Under the pieces are notes generated by a model that saw only the letters and a list, made by a program, of their open reading frames with translations, had not been told where the DNA came from and made no database searches. Of a stretch of 64,000 bases of DNA, positions 60,849-64,000 are shown piece after piece (position 1 is the stretch's first letter; every line of letters starts with the position of its first letter). Made by a program: the position numbers and the translations under genes. The DNA comes from Bacilli bacterium (GTDB lineage: Bacteria; Bacillota_I; Bacilli_A; ML615J-28; CAG-698), in assembly GCA_050953065.1 (NCBI GenBank), contig JBMNLZ010000003.1, positions 320,001 through 384,000 on the forward strand. Reading direction: 5' to 3'.

Positions 60849-63482
60849 TTAAGCATATTTTGAAGTAAAGAATAAATGTTCAACTGTAAGAGTTTCATTT
60901 CTTAATATGTCATAAACACCTTGACAGATATATCCTCTTTGAAGCATAAATCCACCAGGTTTAATTTCGTACTCAGTACCATCTCCGTTCATTGGAACTT
61001 CAATTGGAGTACAAAGTTTTGATTCTGAATCGAAGTTAAGGATAATAGCTTTGTATGCAGCCATATAGTTAAAGCCACTGAAGTAGTCTTTAGTAGGAGT
61101 TGTGCTAAGATCTTTTGGAGTATCTACAACCCAAATTGATGCATCTGTTGTGTTCTTAACAACTCTACCAAATGATCCAGATAGACCTGTTGATGCTAGA
61201 TACATCTTATCTGCGCTTTCACCAATTGCTTCGCTACCTGCTCTAACGTTTGCACTTGTAAGATTTGCATAATTAGTTTTAGCAGAAACTACATAAATTA
61301 CATACTCAACATCATTTGCTGTAATAGTTGTTTTGAAGATATTTCCGCTAAAGCCTTGCCATGAACGATCTCCAATGTTCTTTCCACCATCTGCAGCAGG
61401 TGTTTTAAAGCCATTTGTAGCAAGCCATTTTTCATAATTAAATCCTGCAAGTGAAACATCTGATGTAATAGTTATAGCAACATCACTAGGTTTTTCCGCA
61501 ATACCAACGTTAACAGTAAAGTTAACAGTTGCAGTGTTTTCAGAACCTTCTCTTGTTAGAGTTGCAACGATTGATGTTGATTTATACATAAAGTATTGTT
61601 TTAATAAATTAAATTCAGCATCAAAGATTGTAGTATCAGCAGGAGCCCATGTAATATTATAAGTATATTCTTCATGTACAAATGTTGCATCTAAATTAGT
61701 AAGTTGATTAACTGCAGTTTTTCCATATGGGAAGTGTTCTGGGATACAAGTTGATGAAAGTCCATAATAGTAAGATGCCTTATCTACATCATGTTCAAAT
61801 GGATTAATTGTAATAGGGAATGCAACATCTTGAGTAAAGTTATAAGGATAATCTGCTTGCTTATAATATACAATAGTTGCAGTTAAAGTTATTTCAGTTG
61901 CAGTTTCAACCGGAGCAACTAAAGCACCAGTATTACTAATTATATCTGTATTAGATGAAGCCCAAGTAATTGTTGTACCAAATTTTGAATCTTTAATTGG
62001 TAGTGTAATTCCACCTTTTGTAGTATAGCCATCTAAGAATTTTAAATCACCAGCAGGATCATTAACAATATAATCAATTTTTTCTGCTTGAGTATATCCT
62101 GCAGCTAAAACTGAGAATTTTCTAATTTGACTTTGACTAGCTCTTCTTAAAGATACTTCTAATGGAACTAAAACATCATCATTTCCACGTTTATAAACAC
62201 CAGCGTTAGAAATTGCATTTGCAAGTCCTGAAACCCAAGTCACTGTAACACCTTCAAAAGTAAAGCCTGCAAAATCTAGATTTGCTGCTGCTTTGAAGTC
62301 TTCATCTAAATAACCTTTTTCTTCTAAGTATGCATCTAATGCAGCTAGAGCTTCTGCTACAATAACGTCATCAGTTTTTGCAATAACAACTACTTTTACT
62401 TCAAAATTAATAACTGTTTCATTAACTGTTACTGTAGTATCAATAGTAACAACAACGTTATTAATTCCTTGTTCTGCAACAAACTCTGTAACAACTTCGC
62501 TATCTACTTGATATTCAATTGCAGCACCTGTAAATGTAGGTAGATCAAAGTTTTCTCTTGTAGAAGCAGGAATATTAGATAAAATATGGTTCTTAGCTTG
62601 ATAAGCTTTTAATAAATCAGGTTTACCAGCAGCGATAACTGCAATTGTAAATGTATAACTTACTTCACCATCAGTAATAGTAATTACAGCCTCACCCTCA
62701 TTAACACCAGTAACTTTACCTTCTTGATCAACTGTAGCTACTGTAACATCACTACTACTCCAAGTAAGTCCAGTACCTGTTAAAGAAGATAATAAAGTTG
62801 TTGATTCGCTAATAAACACATAAGATGAACCAGTAATACCAGCTAGACTAACGTCTTTTGCGATAACAATTGAAACATCGAATGTCTTAGATTTTCCACC
62901 ATAACTTACATTAACTGAAAATGTTTGTTTTAAATCTGTAGGAGCTGGTTTGTATTTAAATACAGTGCCAACTGGATGGAATGTTCCATCATAAATATAT
63001 CTAACTAAAACAACACCATCAGCATCAGGTAATACTAAATCTTCTGTTAGAACTTCAGGCAATAAATTTCTAATTGTTGCTTCAGCTCCATTTAATTTAG
63101 CCATTTTTTGAGCATCTGTTTCAATAATAGTAAATTCGATAGTTTCAACAATTGTTGTTAATTCACTAGAAGTTACAGTAATACTTACTGTCCCCTCACC
63201 TACAGCTGTAAGCAACCCTGCAGCAGAAATTGTAGCAACACTTTCATCACTACTACTCCAAGTAACTGCTTGATTTGCAATAGCTGGAGCAACAGTAGCC
63301 GATAACTGTTTTGTTTCGCCAACAATAAGTGAATCTCCACCCTCATAAATCATCATAACTTCAGTTGGTGTATCATCAAGTGGTTCGTCTTCTCCACCAT
63401 CATCACCAATCAAGTCGCACCCTACTAGAAATAATCCTAGTAAAAAGATTACAAAGAACAACGTAAATTTTTTTACATTCAT
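60849..63482 (-). CDS. Surface lipoprotein with Ig-like (Big_2 and atrophied Ig) repeats
   Basis: Lipobox FLVGC; TWSSSDESVATI, TWSSSDVTVATV, TWASSNTDIISNTG repeats. Confidence 0.88.
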   Translation of the reverse strand: MNVKKFTLFFVIFLLGLFLVGCDLIGDDGGEDEPLDDTPTEVMMIYEGGDSLIVGETKQLSATVAPAIANQAVTWSSSDESVATISAAGLLTAVGEGTVSITVTSSELTTIVETIEFTIIETDAQKMAKLNGAEATIRNLLPEVLTEDLVLPDADGVVLVRYIYDGTFHPVGTVFKYKPAPTDLKQTFSVNVSYGGKSKTFDVSIVIAKDVSLAGITGSSYVFISESTTLLSSLTGTGLTWSSSDVTVATVDQEGKVTGVNEGEAVITITDGEVSYTFTIAVIAAGKPDLLKAYQAKNHILSNIPASTRENFDLPTFTGAAIEYQVDSEVVTEFVAEQGINNVVVTIDTTVTVNETVINFEVKVVVIAKTDDVIVAEALAALDAYLEEKGYLDEDFKAAANLDFAGFTFEGVTVTWVSGLANAISNAGVYKRGNDDVLVPLEVSLRRASQSQIRKFSVLAAGYTQAEKIDYIVNDPAGDLKFLDGYTTKGGITLPIKDSKFGTTITWASSNTDIISNTGALVAPVETATEITLTATIVYYKQADYPYNFTQDVAFPITINPFEHDVDKASYYYGLSSTCIPEHFPYGKTAVNQLTNLDATFVHEEYTYNITWAPADTTIFDAEFNLLKQYFMYKSTSIVATLTREGSENTATVNFTVNVGIAEKPSDVAITITSDVSLAGFNYEKWLATNGFKTPAADGGKNIGDRSWQGFSGNIFKTTITANDVEYVIYVVSAKTNYANLTSANVRAGSEAIGESADKMYLASTGLSGSFGRVVKNTTDASIWVVDTPKDLSTTPTKDYFSGFNYMAAYKAIILNFDSESKLCTPIEVPMNGDGTEYEIKPGGFMLQRGYICQGVYDILRNETLTVEHLFFTSKYA

Positions 63483-63594
63483 TAATTAATTCCTCCTATA
63501 TTTTTAAGTCTAAACTCAATATTATTTTACTCTTTTTCTAAAGAAAAGTCAACAAAATACAGCAATAAAAGATTTTTTATTTAAAATTCATTCC

Positions 63595-64000
63595 TTATCC
63601 TTTTAAAAACTCAACTGTTTTTGTTAATAATTCACTTCTTACAGCAACATTATCATAACCATGGCCAGCATTTTCGATAACAATTAGTTTAGCTCCTTTA
63701 ATTGCTTTAGCATATTTTTCACCGAAACTAACATTAACCGCTAAGTCTTCTTTACCATGAACTATTAAACAAGGACATTTGATTTTTTCTAAATTAAGAT
63801 ATGGTGAAAACTTTTTAAAACTTTTAACTAAGTCCTCACTCATTTCAAAACCTAAAAAATCTACATTACCGTTTTCTAGTTTCGGATATTTTGAAAAATA
63901 ATTTTCAACAATTTGAGCAATATTTCCAGCCGGAGACCATAAAACTAATTTTTCTAAAATCTCAGGCATCTTGCTGGCCATATATCCAGCTATTGCTCCA
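63595..64000 (-). CDS. Alpha/beta hydrolase, 5' end outside window
   Basis: Frame open to edge (GAIAGYMA); VHGKEDLAV and AGHGY catalytic Asp/His motifs. Confidence 0.85.
   Translation of the reverse strand, partial: GAIAGYMASKMPEILEKLVLWSPAGNIAQIVENYFSKYPKLENGNVDFLGFEMSEDLVKSFKKFSPYLNLEKIKCPCLIVHGKEDLAVNVSFGEKYAKAIKGAKLIVIENAGHGYDNVAVRSELLTKTVEFLKG

Overview
Two parts. (1) 1-~36500 is most of an HK97-fold siphovirus prophage, almost all on the minus strand and truncated at the left window edge in the tail region. It carries tail, head and packaging genes; a metK/DNA methylase/amidoligase/GGCT cargo block between terS and terL; a replication module; a sigma-70-region-4 gene; and a defence block (Lamassu/ABC-3C operon, type III R-M pair, UvrD-PD-(D/E)XK fusion). 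It ends next to the 3' end of the tmRNA gene. No integrase and no classical S24-peptidase CI repressor are visible. (2) ~36540-64000 is very AT-rich host chromosome using genetic code 11; 16S 3' end, short 5S and Ile-only spacer suggest an Acholeplasmatales-like Mollicute (not verified). It holds ssrA-smpB-rnr-secG, lon, a degenerate trigger-factor paralogue, clpX, tig, tRNA-Arg, a frameshifted Fic gene, rsmD, a lipid kinase, an ABC exporter, an rRNA operon and an Ig-repeat lipoprotein. Best novelty candidates: a Lamassu operon in the repressor position whose effector has a catalytically degenerate HNH and a possible HTH, together with a phased repeat array and an RBS-sequestering RNA switch in front of the lytic sigma-like gene; and a trigger-factor paralogue lacking the ribosome-docking motif between clpX and lon. 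All family calls come from motif recognition by eye, not from searches.
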